Shown piece after piece: positions 37,346 to 49,604 of a stretch of 64,000 bases of DNA (position 1 is the stretch's first letter; each line of letters begins with the position of its first letter). Source of the stretch: Centroscyllium fabricii (lineage: Eukaryota). The stretch lies in the NCBI GenBank assembly GCA_051313645.2, contig JBNRSN020000026.1, forward strand, positions 70,928,001 to 70,992,000. The letters are read 5' to 3'. The position numbers and the translations under genes are program-made. The notes beneath the pieces were generated by a model. That model had not been told where the DNA came from, did no database searches, and saw only the letters and a program-made list of their open reading frames with translations.

Positions 37346-37574
37346 AATGTAATGGTCCACATTAAAGCCGGCAGCGCGGCAGTGAGAGCTCCCACAGTGT
37401 CGAGCCGCTCACACACTCCACCCGGCAACACAGGCGCTCGCTCCCGGATCACAAGCGGCTGCATTTCGACTTCCAGAGTTTCATTCGGTGAACAGGAACC
37501 GTTTTCTGAGCTGAATCCGGATCCGCTGGGTTTCTGACAACTCCGATCGGTGCGTTACCCGGGCTCGGTCCAAC

Positions 37575-39814
37575 ATGGCTTTGGCGAGTGTTTGGAGATG
37601 TTGGATTGTGTTGGTCTTGTTGCCCGGGACCCTGAGTCTGGGCTGTGAGAGGCTGCAGTTACAGCAAGTTCTCAACACAGAGACTCTGAGCAAACTGAGT
37701 GAAATGGTGAGTTTAACCTGCATCCCGAGCCGGATCCGAACCATCTACTTTCTGCTCCTTGTGGAAAGTTATATCAGGAGAACATGTTTGTGGTGTTTGT
37801 AATTTGACACAATTAATAGGCAGCGATGTTCCAGTATTTCAGTGGGGCTGATTGTAACACTGACTGTCTGCTCCACTCAGGGCGGCCCCTTTCCCCGACA
37901 GTGTGTAAGAGAGAGGCTCCGACTGAAAACCAAGCCCTTGAATCTGGTGAAACTTTCAGAGGGATTACAGGTGAGTGAACTCTATTTCATTTGACTTTAT
38001 TCAAACAAAAGTTTAATACAAAGCACGAGTAAGATAAACAAGCTGATCAGAATTTTAATCAGGAAATTTAAATCCAGTGTTAGTTGCCCATTGAAGTTAA
38101 AATGCCAGTCGAGCCATTCACTCACTCTGTGTCACTCTCTCTAACTAGCTCTCTCTCTAACTAGCTCACTCTCTAACTAGCTCACTCTCTCTAACTAGCT
38201 CACCCTCTCTAACTAGCTCTCTCTCTCTAACTAGTTCCCTCTCTCTAACTAGCTCCCTCTCTCTAACTAGCTCAATCTCTCTAACTAGCTCACTCTCTCT
38301 AACTAGCTCACCCTCTCTAACTAGCTCACTCTCACTAACTAGCTCCCTCTCTGTAACTGGCTCACTCTCTCTAACTAGCTCACTCTCTCTAACTAGCTCA
38401 CTCTCTCTAAATAGCTCACCCTCTCTAACTAGCTCCCTCTCTCTAACTAGCTCACCCTCTCTTACTAGCTCCCTCTTTGTAACTAGCTCACTCTCTCTTA
38501 CTATCTCACTCTCTCTAACTAGCTCAATCTCTCTAACTAGCTCACTCTCTCTAACTAGCTCACTCTCTCTAACTAGCTCACTCTCTCTAACTAGCTCACT
38601 CTCTCTATCTCACCTATTATCTCACTTCCATTAACTACTAACTCCCTCTAATCATCTCACACCCTCTATTCATTGAAACCCCTCTAATCTTCCATTCTCC
38701 TCCCTAGATGATCGCACCCATCCTTTGACTATCCTTTTACTATTTCATAGAATTAGAGAATGGTTCCCGCACATAAGGAGGCCATTCGGCCCATCGAGCC
38801 AGTGCCGGCTCTCTGCAAGAACACTTCAGCTAGTCCCGCTCCACCGCCCTTTCCCCGTGGCCCTGCCATTTTTTCAGGAATTTAACCAATTCCCTTTTGA
38901 AACCCACAAATCTTTTTATGCTTCTAAAACACATTTGGGAGCCCTTTAATATCACCCACTAATCTATTCCATACATTCTCTTTGAACCTCATTGCCCTTT
39001 TCAGTTGTTCTTCACACTTTCTGCATTCAGCTTGGTTCTCTACTGTATTATAAGCTTAACTTTGGTCATAAGCCTCCTTTAGCTGTTTCATTGAAATCTC
39101 CACCTTCAGTGATCCGGGGAGAGATAGCTTTGCATGCCCTGCCTTTCCCCTGGTGCGAATGTGTCTAGACTGCACCCAAACCATCTTCTCTTTCAAGGCT
39201 GTCCATTGTATATTTTCTATTTCACCTGCAAATCCTAGATTCCAATACACTGGAATGAGCCCTCCTCCAGTTGACTATTGTCACTTGTGATTGATGCTTG
39301 TCCTTTTCCATAACTGCTCGAAACCTAAAAAGGAACAGGTCCCCTCTAACGACCTTGTGTGTATTGTGCACAGACCCAGGACAGGATCCAGATTGTCCAT
39401 CAAACACTGCATCACCTCACCAAGATCTACAGCATGAACCTGGGCTCAGTCACATGGCCCCGGGACAAGGTGGAAAACTTCCGTCTTCTCCTGGATCGGC
39501 AGCTCGGGGAGCTGGAAGAATGTGTCAGGAAACCGGGAACAGAGTCCAGGCCCAGGAGAATCGCCTCAATTCACAAATACTTTAAAAAACTGAGAAAGTT
39601 TCTCAAACAGAAGGTGGGACAATTGATATTTTACTGAGATTACTGACACTTTAAGTCACCCGATTTAAACCTGTTCATTCTCTAATAGATTTTCCTGAAT
39701 ATTTCTCTTTCTCAGAGATTCAGTGACTGCGCCTGGGAAATAATCCGCGCTGAGACCAGGGCCCGATTACAACAGATCCTTTTCATAACGGCAAAAATCA
39801 GAAGAAGAAACTGA
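37575..39814 (+). CDS. ifn: Type I interferon, copy 3 (186 aa); exons 37575-37706, 37881-37970, 39374-39613, 39716-39814
   Basis: Intact splice sites and frame; CAWE motif; chimeric promoter. Confidence 0.93.
38132..38610. repeat. 18-bp intron-2 minisatellite, gene 3
   Basis: Directly visible. Confidence 0.95.
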
Positions 39815-41678
39815 AGACTTTCCAAAGACATGTTTCGTACAGACTGGGAACAAAGAATATTTATTTAAAAGACCGCCTATTTATTTTTTTTAATTATATT
39901 TTAACTTATTATCTTGTTGTAATATCGCGATTGGGTGCAAGGTGACTGATGGAGGACAAGGACTGTCTTGATATTGATCCATGTTGGATCATTTATTTGA
40001 ATTTATTGATGGTTATTGCTGTGACAGTTGCCTGTGATGAAATGTTAGAGCTTTGACTGGGGGCGAGTCTGAGGAAAATCCTGTCTCTGTCCCTTCCTTC
40101 AGGGACTGGCAGCTGCGACAGTGAAAAGTTTCATCTCAGGTTCGCTCTGTGGGACACCTTATTCCACTCGCTGCTTTCCCAGTGTCGGCTCTCTGGACTG
40201 ACCCACCCGGCTGAAGCTACCTTTTGTCCCTCATTTCATCAGAATTGAGTCAAGTTTATTGCTGGACACAATAAAATGTTGCAGATTTTTCATAACGTGT
40301 AAAGTCAAAAATGAGAAGAGGTAACGGAAGATGTCTCAATGACATGTTTAACACAGACTGAGAACGATGAGCTATTTTAAAGACCTCGAATTTTAAAATG
40401 TATATATTTTAATACCTGTAACGTATTGCTCATTTTAGACTGTTGTCAGCTTGGCTCAGAGGTAATACTCTAAGTCAAAAGGTTCTGGCTCCAAACCCCA
40501 CTCACAAATGAAATCTTTCATTTCCATTCAGCTTTATGAGGCTCCTTATTCCAGTCGCTGAACTTCCAGTGACAACTCTCTGCACTGGGAATGCCCGGCC
40601 AATACATTGGCTTTCATGGCACTGATTGGCTCTCGATGGTCGGGTTGCGGAACAATGACCAATGACCTGATCCCTGACCTGCACTGACCTTTCCATTTCT
40701 GCTCTCCCAGCGGCCAACACTCCAACTCGTCCCGGGTATTCCTAATTTATTGATATTTATAGTTGTGATGTTTTCTACAATGTGTAAAGTGGGTTCAGAA
40801 AGAACTGTTAATTTATTCATATTTATTCAGATTTGGGGAATATATAATGTTTTTCTACACTGGAAACTTTTTATACTGAATGAGAACATGTTGGTGTAAA
40901 TAAATTGTTTACAATATAACATTTTTATTGGAGTCATATTTATTTCTCATTTGAATCTGTCAGTTTTCCAGACTCACTAGAAATGCTCTGGATTGCTCTG
41001 CCTGCTGCCTCTGACTGGCATTCCCTGTCCGCTCGATTCCCCACTGGCTGATATTTCCTCGCTTGTCAAAATTGTGAATCCATTTTGAACCCAATTGGCT
41101 CAATATTCATGGGGAGGGGACTGAGAGGAGAGTGGGAGTGAAAGTCTTTTATATGGCACCTAATCATGCACCTTCTGCAAAGCTGTATCTTTACCACCGA
41201 CTGTATCCCTTTAGCTGTATATGTGAGCTTCTTGAAAACTCAGTAGAATTATTCAAGCACCAGGTGATCTTTACAGATTCATGGTGACTGTCCCTAATGA
41301 GCCAATGTCTTTCGAACTGTTCACTAATTTCATCCCAGACTATGGTCTCCATAATTTTACCCACAGCTGAGGTAAGGCTAAAAGGGATATAATTTTTGTC
41401 ACCCTTCAATCTTTAGGCAAGATACTTGATTTCAAACTTATGTGGGTTGTGATTATTTCTTCTGTCTGACATTGAGTCAATTCATCACTTTCTTGCTCTG
41501 CGCATGATCTGCACCTGGTGAATTTTCTACTTCCTACTTTCAGTCGCACTTACTTTTTTTAACCTCCCTTCCCCTTTGCTCCCCTGTTACTCACTTCATC
41601 CTTGCTTTTGTATATTTATCTCCATTGCTCTGTTGTACATTCCCCTCAGGTTCCATTTTCACCTTCTTCAGTAACAAC

Positions 41679-42120
41679 TGTGTCTCAGTGGGGAACACTC
41701 TTGCCTGTGAGTCGGAAGATTGTGGGTTTAAGTCCCACTCCAATGACTTGAGCACAAAATCCAGGCTGAAGGAGTGCTGCACTGTCGGAGGTGCTGTCTT
41801 TCTGATGAAATGTTAAACCGAGGCCCTGCCTGCTCTCTCAGGTGGATGTCAGAGATCCCATGGCATTATTGCGAAATAGCGCACGGGAGTTACCGCTGGT
41901 GTCCTGACCAATATTTATCCCTCAATCAACATCAGTCAAAACCGGATGATGTTGTCATTATCACATTGCTGTTTGTGGGGTCTTGCTGTGTGTAATTTGG
42001 GTGCCGAGTTTCCTACATTACAACAGTGACTCCACTTTAAAAGTGTTTCCTTGGCTGTAAAGCACTTCGGGATGTGCGGTGGGCGTGAATGGCGCTATAT
42101 AAATGCAAGTCTTTCTTTCT
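41679..42120 (+). mobile_element. Deu-domain SINE copy, unit 3
   Basis: Paralogue of 19013-19454. Confidence 0.65.
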
Positions 42121-43959
42121 AACTGAGGCATGTTACAGATTAAGGATCTTTACCACTTATTCAAACTCAAGTACACGCACAGGAACTAAGGCTTGTGGCC
42201 GAAAATATTATCCCATCTTCCCATGATATTTTATGGGGAGGGCAAATGGGTCAGTTTATTGCCACATTTGCCCCCTTTGCATTCCCCACCATTCCAGCTT
42301 CCACTGTTCATCCCTCTGTGTTGCACCCACTCACTCGCATCACAATCTCTACCTCTTCTCATTTGAACTAGTGGCTAGTTTGTGTAATCAGACTGTCGAG
42401 TTCACAGAAACAAGACCCGGAATAAATGTCAACATAGGAAGTTATAATTGGCAAAAGCAAACTGGAGATTTCGCTCGTTTGTGTTGGTTTTTCTCAGCGT
42501 AATTCGTCTTAAATCGATGAAACCTGTGCAAATGGTGATGGATAGTTAAGCGGAAATTACGCCCAGCGGAAATAAAGTTGCCGCTATTTTTGCACCAGTT
42601 GGAAAAAACAGCACTCTAGGAGCCGGCACCACCCACAAAACTGACCTCGTCCCTCGGTCTAATTACTCTCCATCTGGATTTTCTGCTAATTCTGCTCATT
42701 TGCTGCCTTCGCGGAGCCTCCAAAAATTAAAATGCTTCTTTTGAAAGAAAGAAAGACAGAATTGCATTTATGTAGCGCCTTTCAAACACGCCAGACATCT
42801 GGTAGCGCTTTACAGCCAATAAATACTTTTTGAACTGTAGTCACCGATGGAATGCAGGTCCTTTGGGGGCAAGGACACTAATAGGCATATATTAAAAACA
42901 TGTGAATTTATTTTTAACATTTTTAATTTAATAAGACTCTGACCCCAATATACCCCAATATAACTAACAAAGGTTTCTGTATAGTTTTTAAAGTCATTTT
43001 CAATAATTTAATTTGAAATTGGGTTACTTACAGTTGGTGGATTGAAACTGTGTTTAAAAAATGCTTAATTTTTACGATAAACCCATTTTCAGCTGTATTA
43101 ATCAAACTGCACCAAGTTACAGCTCTTAAATATATCGAGTAATAATTTTAAAGGCAATTTATTTAAGCTACGTTTTAAAACACCGCCCGGTTGCGATGGT
43201 TCATCTGAAAGAACAACAGAAAACGCTGGAGAAACTCAGCAGGCCAGGCAGCATCAGTGGAGAGAGAAACAGAGTTAACAGTTTGTGGAATCTGACCAAG
43301 GGAGTCACTTCACTTCAGCTGTGTCTGTGGAAAAAGGACTTTGGTACTTCGAAGCCGGACAGAATTTATACATATGCATTGCAAACAAATCCAAATGCAC
43401 TCAGGCCTGTAAATAAAGGCCATGGCGGTGTTTGCCCAAACCATGGGAAACAGATTAAGAGGGCCATCAAGATTGAGTAGGCCCATTGATACCGATTGGA
43501 AACAAAGCAAGGTTGTTGTTGACCGGTAGCGACGATTACCGGCCAGCCAAAAGTTGTTAACTAGACCGCTACCCTTTGTTAAATTAGCCGGCCAAAGCAA
43601 AAGACAAAGAACTGACCTGATTTGGTGGGAGATAAGGGTTTCATCAGAAGTGTATAACTGGGAACCCAGGGTAACCATCTGGGGACAATCTTCTCAGCAG
43701 CTCTCGTCTCTGGTTCGTCTGCCTTGGTTTCTAGTTTCTCTGCTCCTGGTTCATGGCAGGTTTTGATTTGAACGATTTGCAAATGGAAACTCGAAAAAAA
43801 TCGCTTCTCAAAACTGGTGCAATTTTGGTCGTGGGATGGTAGGGGAGGCAAAGGAGGCAAAAGTGGGGATAAACCGACATATGAAGTTCTACAAAGTGGA
43901 AACACTGCCCCAAACATGTGACAGAAAGGTGACATTGGGAAGTCAAGTAATGCAGAAGG

Positions 43960-44460
43960 TGTAACGGTTGTAGGTTGGGCCCAAATGCAATACACCGAAA
44001 ACATGCGTAGAAGTAAACTCCTTTAATTTCTGAGCAGTCAAAAGATATGGGAAACAGTAGGTCAATAACGGCAGAAAGTTCACGGAGGCAACAAGTCCAA
44101 AACAGAGTTCAGGCAGGAGAGAATCCAAATTCAGAAACAGTAATATTCCGGGTAGTCCGTCCACGGGAGCGACAAATCCAAAAACAGAGTTCAAGCAGAA
44201 GAGAATCCAAATTTCCGGTAAGCAGGTCAGTATCACGAACAGACAGGATCAGAGAGCTAGGAACTAAACACATGTATCACAGTCAGAAGAATTAACGATC
44301 TGGCAACCTCATGGTGAAATGTGGGAGCTGATATACAGCTCTAGATACTACTGGTTAATCTGGGCTGTCCGATCAGGGGCATGCAGTAGTTAACGAGGTG
44401 CTGACCAGTTTAAAGGAGAAGAGCCCACCTAGGAGTTAAAGGGGAATCCAACCTATGACA
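43960..44460 (-). mobile_element. Solo LTR (501 bp), related to the LTRs at 393-9952
   Basis: TGTAACGG...ATGACA termini; TSD GAAGG at 43955-43959 and 44461-44465; empty site aatgcagaaggattt in other units. Shares gggcccaaatgcaa and ttaaaggggaat with the 393 LTR. Confidence 0.88.
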
Positions 44461-44749
44461 GAAGGATTTGAGCATGAATGTAAGATTATTATATATTATA
44501 GATTAATGTGCTGATAAGATTCCTTGCTGTTTCCCTTTATGTTGTCTAACAGTGTTCTTTAATATTCCACCTTAAATTTCCTTATCCCCCTTTCGCCTCC
44601 ATTCTAAACTTTTTATAAATCATACAGTTTTATTCGGCATTAGGGTACTATTAACAGCCTCTGTTGCCTCGGCCCAAAGCTCAGAAATTCCCTGCCTAAA
44701 CCTCTCTGCCTCTCTTTCCTCCTATAGACCCCCCTTAAAACCTACCTCT

Positions 44750-45865
44750 CGGAGCTCACAGAGTTGGTGGTATTATATTAGCATGGATAGAGAATTGGCT
44801 AACTAACAGAATGCAGAGAGTCGGGGTAAATGAGTAATTTTCTGGTTGGGAAACCATAACTAATGGGGTGCCACAGGGTTCAGTGCTGGTGCCTCAACTA
44901 TTTACAATCTACATTAATGATTTGGATGAAGGGATGAAGGTTTGCAGATGATACAAAGATGGGTGGGAAAGCAAGTTGTGCAGAAGACTCCAAGAATCTG
45001 CAAAGGGATATAGACAAGCTAAGTATGTTTGCAAACATTTGGACGATGGAGTATAATGTGAGAACGTGCGAGGTTATCCACTTTGGCAGGAAAAATAAAA
45101 AAGCTAATTATTATTTAAATGGAGAGAGATTAGAAAATGCTACAGTTCAGATGGACGGGGGGTCCTTGTGCATGAAAAACAAACAAGTTAGCAGCAGGTA
45201 CATCAAATAATCAAACAGGCAAATGGAATGTTGGCCTTTATTACACGGGGGGCTGAGGTATAAAAGCAGGGAAGACCTGCTACAACTATACAGGGTATTG
45301 GTGAGACCACACCTGGAGTACAATTTTCGTCTCCTAATTCAAGGAAGGTATACTTGCATTGGAGGCAGTTCAGAGACGATTCACTCGGGTAATTCCAGAG
45401 GTGAGGGGGTTTTCTTATGAGGAAAGCTTGAGCAGGTTGAGCCTATACACTTTGGAGATTAGAAAAATGAGAGGCGATCTTATCGAAACTTATAAGATAC
45501 TGAGGGGGCTCGACAAGGTCGATGCAGAGAGGATGTTTCCCCTCGTGGGGGAATCTAGAACTCGGGGGCACAGTCTCAGAATAAAGGGTCTCCCTTTTAG
45601 AAATGAGATGAGGAGGCCTTTCCTCTCTGAGGGTCGTAAATCTGTGGAATTCTCTGCCCCAGAGAGCCGTGGAGGCTGGGTCATTGAACACATTTAAGGT
45701 GCAGATAGACAGATTTTTGCAAGATGAGGGAGGGAAGGTTTATGGGGAGCGGGCAGGGAAGTGGCTTTGAGCCCAAGATCAGCCGTGATCTTATTGAATG
45801 GTGAAGCAGGCTCGAGGGGCCGAGAGGCCTATTCCTGCTCCTATTTCTTATGTTCTGATGTTCTT
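44750..45865 (+). mobile_element. CR1 fragment (paralogue of 21579-22708)
   Basis: Same RT-end motifs and tail. Confidence 0.85.
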
Positions 45866-46426
45866 GGGTAATTCTTTGACCAAGCTCCCGGACACCTGCC
45901 CTAATTTATCTTTATGTGACTCGGTGTCAATTTTTCTGTCTTAAAACACTCCCGGGAAGCGCCTTGTGACGTTTTACTATCGTTAAAGGCGCTATATAAA
46001 TGCAAGTTGTTTTTGCTGTTGTTGTAAGCATTATTTTTAATTTCAGTTTTCCTCTAAGCTCTCCCTCTCACCGTTGACCCCGCCCACCAACCTTTCATGG
46101 CCAATGAAATGTGCCGAAACAAAATGAAATGTTTTTTACAAACCTTTATCTCTTTAAATTGCTGCAATACGATTGTTTAACTGAATCACTCTCTGCGGTG
46201 TCTCTAGCTGGTGCCCGTGGGATCTCAGTCCCAGGTACACTCGGAGGGAAGTTACTGTTCGCACTTACAGCTGAGAGTGATTTGACGACATTCCCGGTGT
46301 AACCGGAGCTCTCCCGGAGATCCCAAACCTTTTCCCAGCTCCCGCTCCCCCTCTCACTCTGACCCGTGCTGTGTCCAAACCCTCCGCACTTTCGGAAATG
46401 ACAAAACTCCTCACTTTCCCGGAGAC

Positions 46427-46932
46427 ACTTTCGCTTTCGGGTGAATTTGACACAAAGCTCATTTCCACCGAGAAACTGACTCGGACACTTTCCCGGGAGA
46501 GAGACCAGAAAAACAGGATGAAAGAAAAGGCAGCGGGACCCCCTTCGGACTCAGAGTGGAAACGGATTAAATATTCTTCAAAAACCGAGTCTGAAAATGA
46601 CTCCAGAAAACACCCAGGAAGGGACAACCTTAAAGAGCAGAGTCTCCGACAGGTGAATCCGGGGGAGACAGTCGGCATCAGGCGGTGCCCCTGGGCTGTG
46701 AGCCGGGGTCTCTCCAATGTCCACACTCCCCCAATACAGACCCCCCCTCGACACCAGCTCAGGGCCCCGGGGATCCCAGTCCACACAACCCGGATCTGGT
46801 GCTGATCTCCCAGCGGGGATTTTCCAGCCTCTGGTTCCTGAATCTCCAGCTTTTGGATTCCTTACCTCAGAAAGAAAGCGGACAAACTCCTGTAACTTTT
46901 CCAAACCTCCTGCGGCCCGATTTCACTTTTCC
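46427..46932 (+). promoter_or_regulatory. Distal IFN promoter, unit 4 (ISRE 46427-46438, NF-kB 46816-46825, IRF-E 46921-46932)
   Basis: Same motifs as 10861-11373. Confidence 0.65.
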
Positions 46933-47161
46933 AATGTAATGGTCCACATTAAAGCCGGCAGCGCGGCAGTGAGAGCTCCCACAGTGTCGAGCCGCTCACA
47001 CACAGCACCCGGCAACACAGGCGCTCGCTCCCGGATCACAAGCGGCTGCATTTCGACTTCCAGAGTTTCATTCGGTGAACAGGAACCGTTTTCTGAGCTG
47101 AATCCGGATCCGCTGGGTTTCTGACAATTCCGATCGGTGCTTTACCCGGGCTCGGTCCAGC

Positions 47162-47293
47162 ATGGCTTTGGCGAGTGTTTGGAGATGTTGGATTGTGTTG
47201 GTCGTGTTGCCCGGGACCCTGAGTCTGGGCTGTGTGAGGCTGCAGTTACAGCAAGTTCTCAACACAGAGACTCTGAGCAAACTGAGTGAAATG
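47162..47293 (+). other. Orphan copy of IFN exon 1, unit 4
   Basis: Intact ATG, 44 codons (V15 and V25 variants) and GTGAGT donor. Confidence 0.85.
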
Positions 47294-48009
47294 GTGAGTT
47301 TAACCTGCATCCCGAGCCGGATCCGAACCACACAGGGTCTGTTTGTTGTGATAACTCATGTCAGGGGAAAAAGTTTGAAGTTGTCTGTTATTTGTGCAAT
47401 TAATAGTCACTCTCCGTCAGTATTGATTTGACGGTATTAATTGTTAGCGGGACTCTCTTCTGTAACTCTTGGGATCATTCCCTGAGACTGTGCAACAGCA
47501 AAAGCTCTCTGAACCCTAGAGGGGTAATTCATCCCTGATGGGACCGAGAGACTCAGGTCCAGGGGATAGGCGGAATCGGGGGCTGACTAGATTGGGACAT
47601 CAATACTGAGGGAGAGGGAGAATCTGATGCTGAGTGAAGAGGTGGGATCAGGCAGTGGGAGGCGAGAAAATTTAGTCTGAGGCGAGAGGAGAATCTGGCT
47701 CTAAGCGGAGAAAGGAAATGAGAGACTGAAGAGAGGGGGGATCTTATACTGAGGGGAGTGGGTATCAGACTCCGAGAGAGAGAAAGGAATCAAGGCTTCA
47801 GGGAGAGAGGGATTCAGACCCTAAGGCGAGGGGGAATCAAATTTGAGGAGGAACTGGAATCAGATACTGAGGGGATGGGGAATGAGACACGGAGGGGCAA
47901 GAGGAATAATAAAACTGAGTGAAGAGGGGAATTCAGACACTGAGGGGGAGAGGAAATGAATAACTGGGGAGAAGGATAATATTAAATGGAGGGGAGATGA
48001 CACAGACAA

Positions 48010-48445
48010 TGGGGGCAGGTGAGATCAGACCCTGGGGGAGGTGGGATCAGATCCTGGGGGGAGGTGGGATCAGACCGTGGGGGGAGGTGGGATCAGACAC
48101 AGGGGGAGGTGGGATCAGTCCCTGGGGGGAAGTGGGATCAGATCCTGTGGGGAGGTGGGATCAGGCCCTGGGGGAGGTGGGATCAGACCCTGGGGGAGGT
48201 GGGATCAGTCCGTGGGGAGGTGGGATCAGTCCCTGGCAGGAGGTGGGATCAGATCCTGGGGGGAGGTGGGATCAGGCTCTGGGGGAGGTGGGATCAGTCC
48301 CTGGGGGGAGGTGGGATCAGTCCCTGGGGTAAGGTGGGATAAGACCCTGGGGGAGGTGGGATCAGTCCCTGGGGGGAGGTGGGATCAGTCCCTCGGGGGA
48401 GGTGGGATCAGATCCTGGGGGGATGTGGGATCAGACCCTGGGGGA
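48010..48445. repeat. Expanded ~22-bp G-rich minisatellite (GGGGGAGGTGGGATCAGACCCT)n
   Basis: Roughly 19 copies here, versus about 2 in units 2 and 5 and about 7 in unit 1. Confidence 0.9.
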
Positions 48446-49253
48446 GAATTGACACCAGACGCTGAGGGGAAGGGGTGGTTTAATATTCAGGAGAGAATCA
48501 GGACTGAGAGAGAGTGAGAACAAGATCCTGAAACTGAGGAAAGAGAGGGAACCAGATATCGACGAGTGAGGGGACGAGGAATCAGACTTTGAGTGGAGGG
48601 GGAGATGAGACCCTGTGGAGAGGGAGGATCAGATACAGGGGAGAGGGGTATCTGCCCCTGAGGAGAGATATGCCCTGATATTGAAGGGGAAATGAGAGTC
48701 TGATGGCAGAGGGGAAGCAATACTGTGGGAAAAGGCAGAATGTGATGGTGAGGGAAGAGGGGAATCAGATCTTGTGGGTAGACAGAAATCAAACATTGAG
48801 CGGGGAGCAGATGAGATACTGAGGGGAGAGAGAGAATCGGACCCTGGTGGGAGGTGGGATCAGACTCTGTGAATCAGTGAATAGAGTGTGAGGGGAGAAT
48901 GCGAACCAGACACTGTGGAGAGTGGAAATTATAAACTGAAGCCTGAGGATCAGAAACTGAGGGAAGAATGACAATGAGACACTGAGGAAAGTGGGGTGGT
49001 GGGGGGTGAGCTGAGAGGGGAAAGGGGTATTAGAGCCCACCATCAATCAATCTACCCGTCTGCCCCCTTAGTGCCCCCGTGATGCGAGTTAATTCATTTT
49101 GGAGAAACCAGTAAGATTTTCAATATCCATATTGATAATATTGATACAAATTATGGGACATTGAGCTGGCATGGGCTCGACGGGCCGAGTGGCCTGTTTC
49201 TGCGCTGTAACCATTCTATGTTTCAATGAAACTATGGTTGTGATCTTATAACG

Positions 49254-49376
49254 GGGATTTTCCATTCGCTGGTTCCGGAATCTCCAGCTTTTGGATTCCT
49301 TGCCTCAGAAAGGAGGCGCACAAACTATTGCTTCCCTGCTGCTCCTCCAACACTCCTCCATCCCGATTTCACTTTT
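49254..49376 (+). promoter_or_regulatory. Proximal IFN promoter, gene 4 (NF-kB 49254-49263, IRF-E 49367-49376)
   Basis: GGGATTTTCC and TTTCACTTTT. Confidence 0.65.
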
Positions 49377-49604
49377 GGATTGTAATGGCCACATCGCCAA
49401 TCCCTCCTCTTATAGTGGGAGCTCCCACAGTGTCCAGCCGCTCACACACACTCCACAACACAACTGGTCGCTCCCGGAGCACAAGCGGCTGTATTTCGAC
49501 TTCCAGAGTTTCATTCGGTGAACAAGAACCGTTTTCTGAGCTGAATCTGGATCCACTGGGTTTCTGACTCTTCAGATCGGTGCTTTACCCTGGCTCGGTC
49601 CAGC

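Noticed and set aside
47997-48517. Gly/Trp-rich ORFs in all three frames
   Set aside because: Artefact of the G-rich minisatellite expansion.
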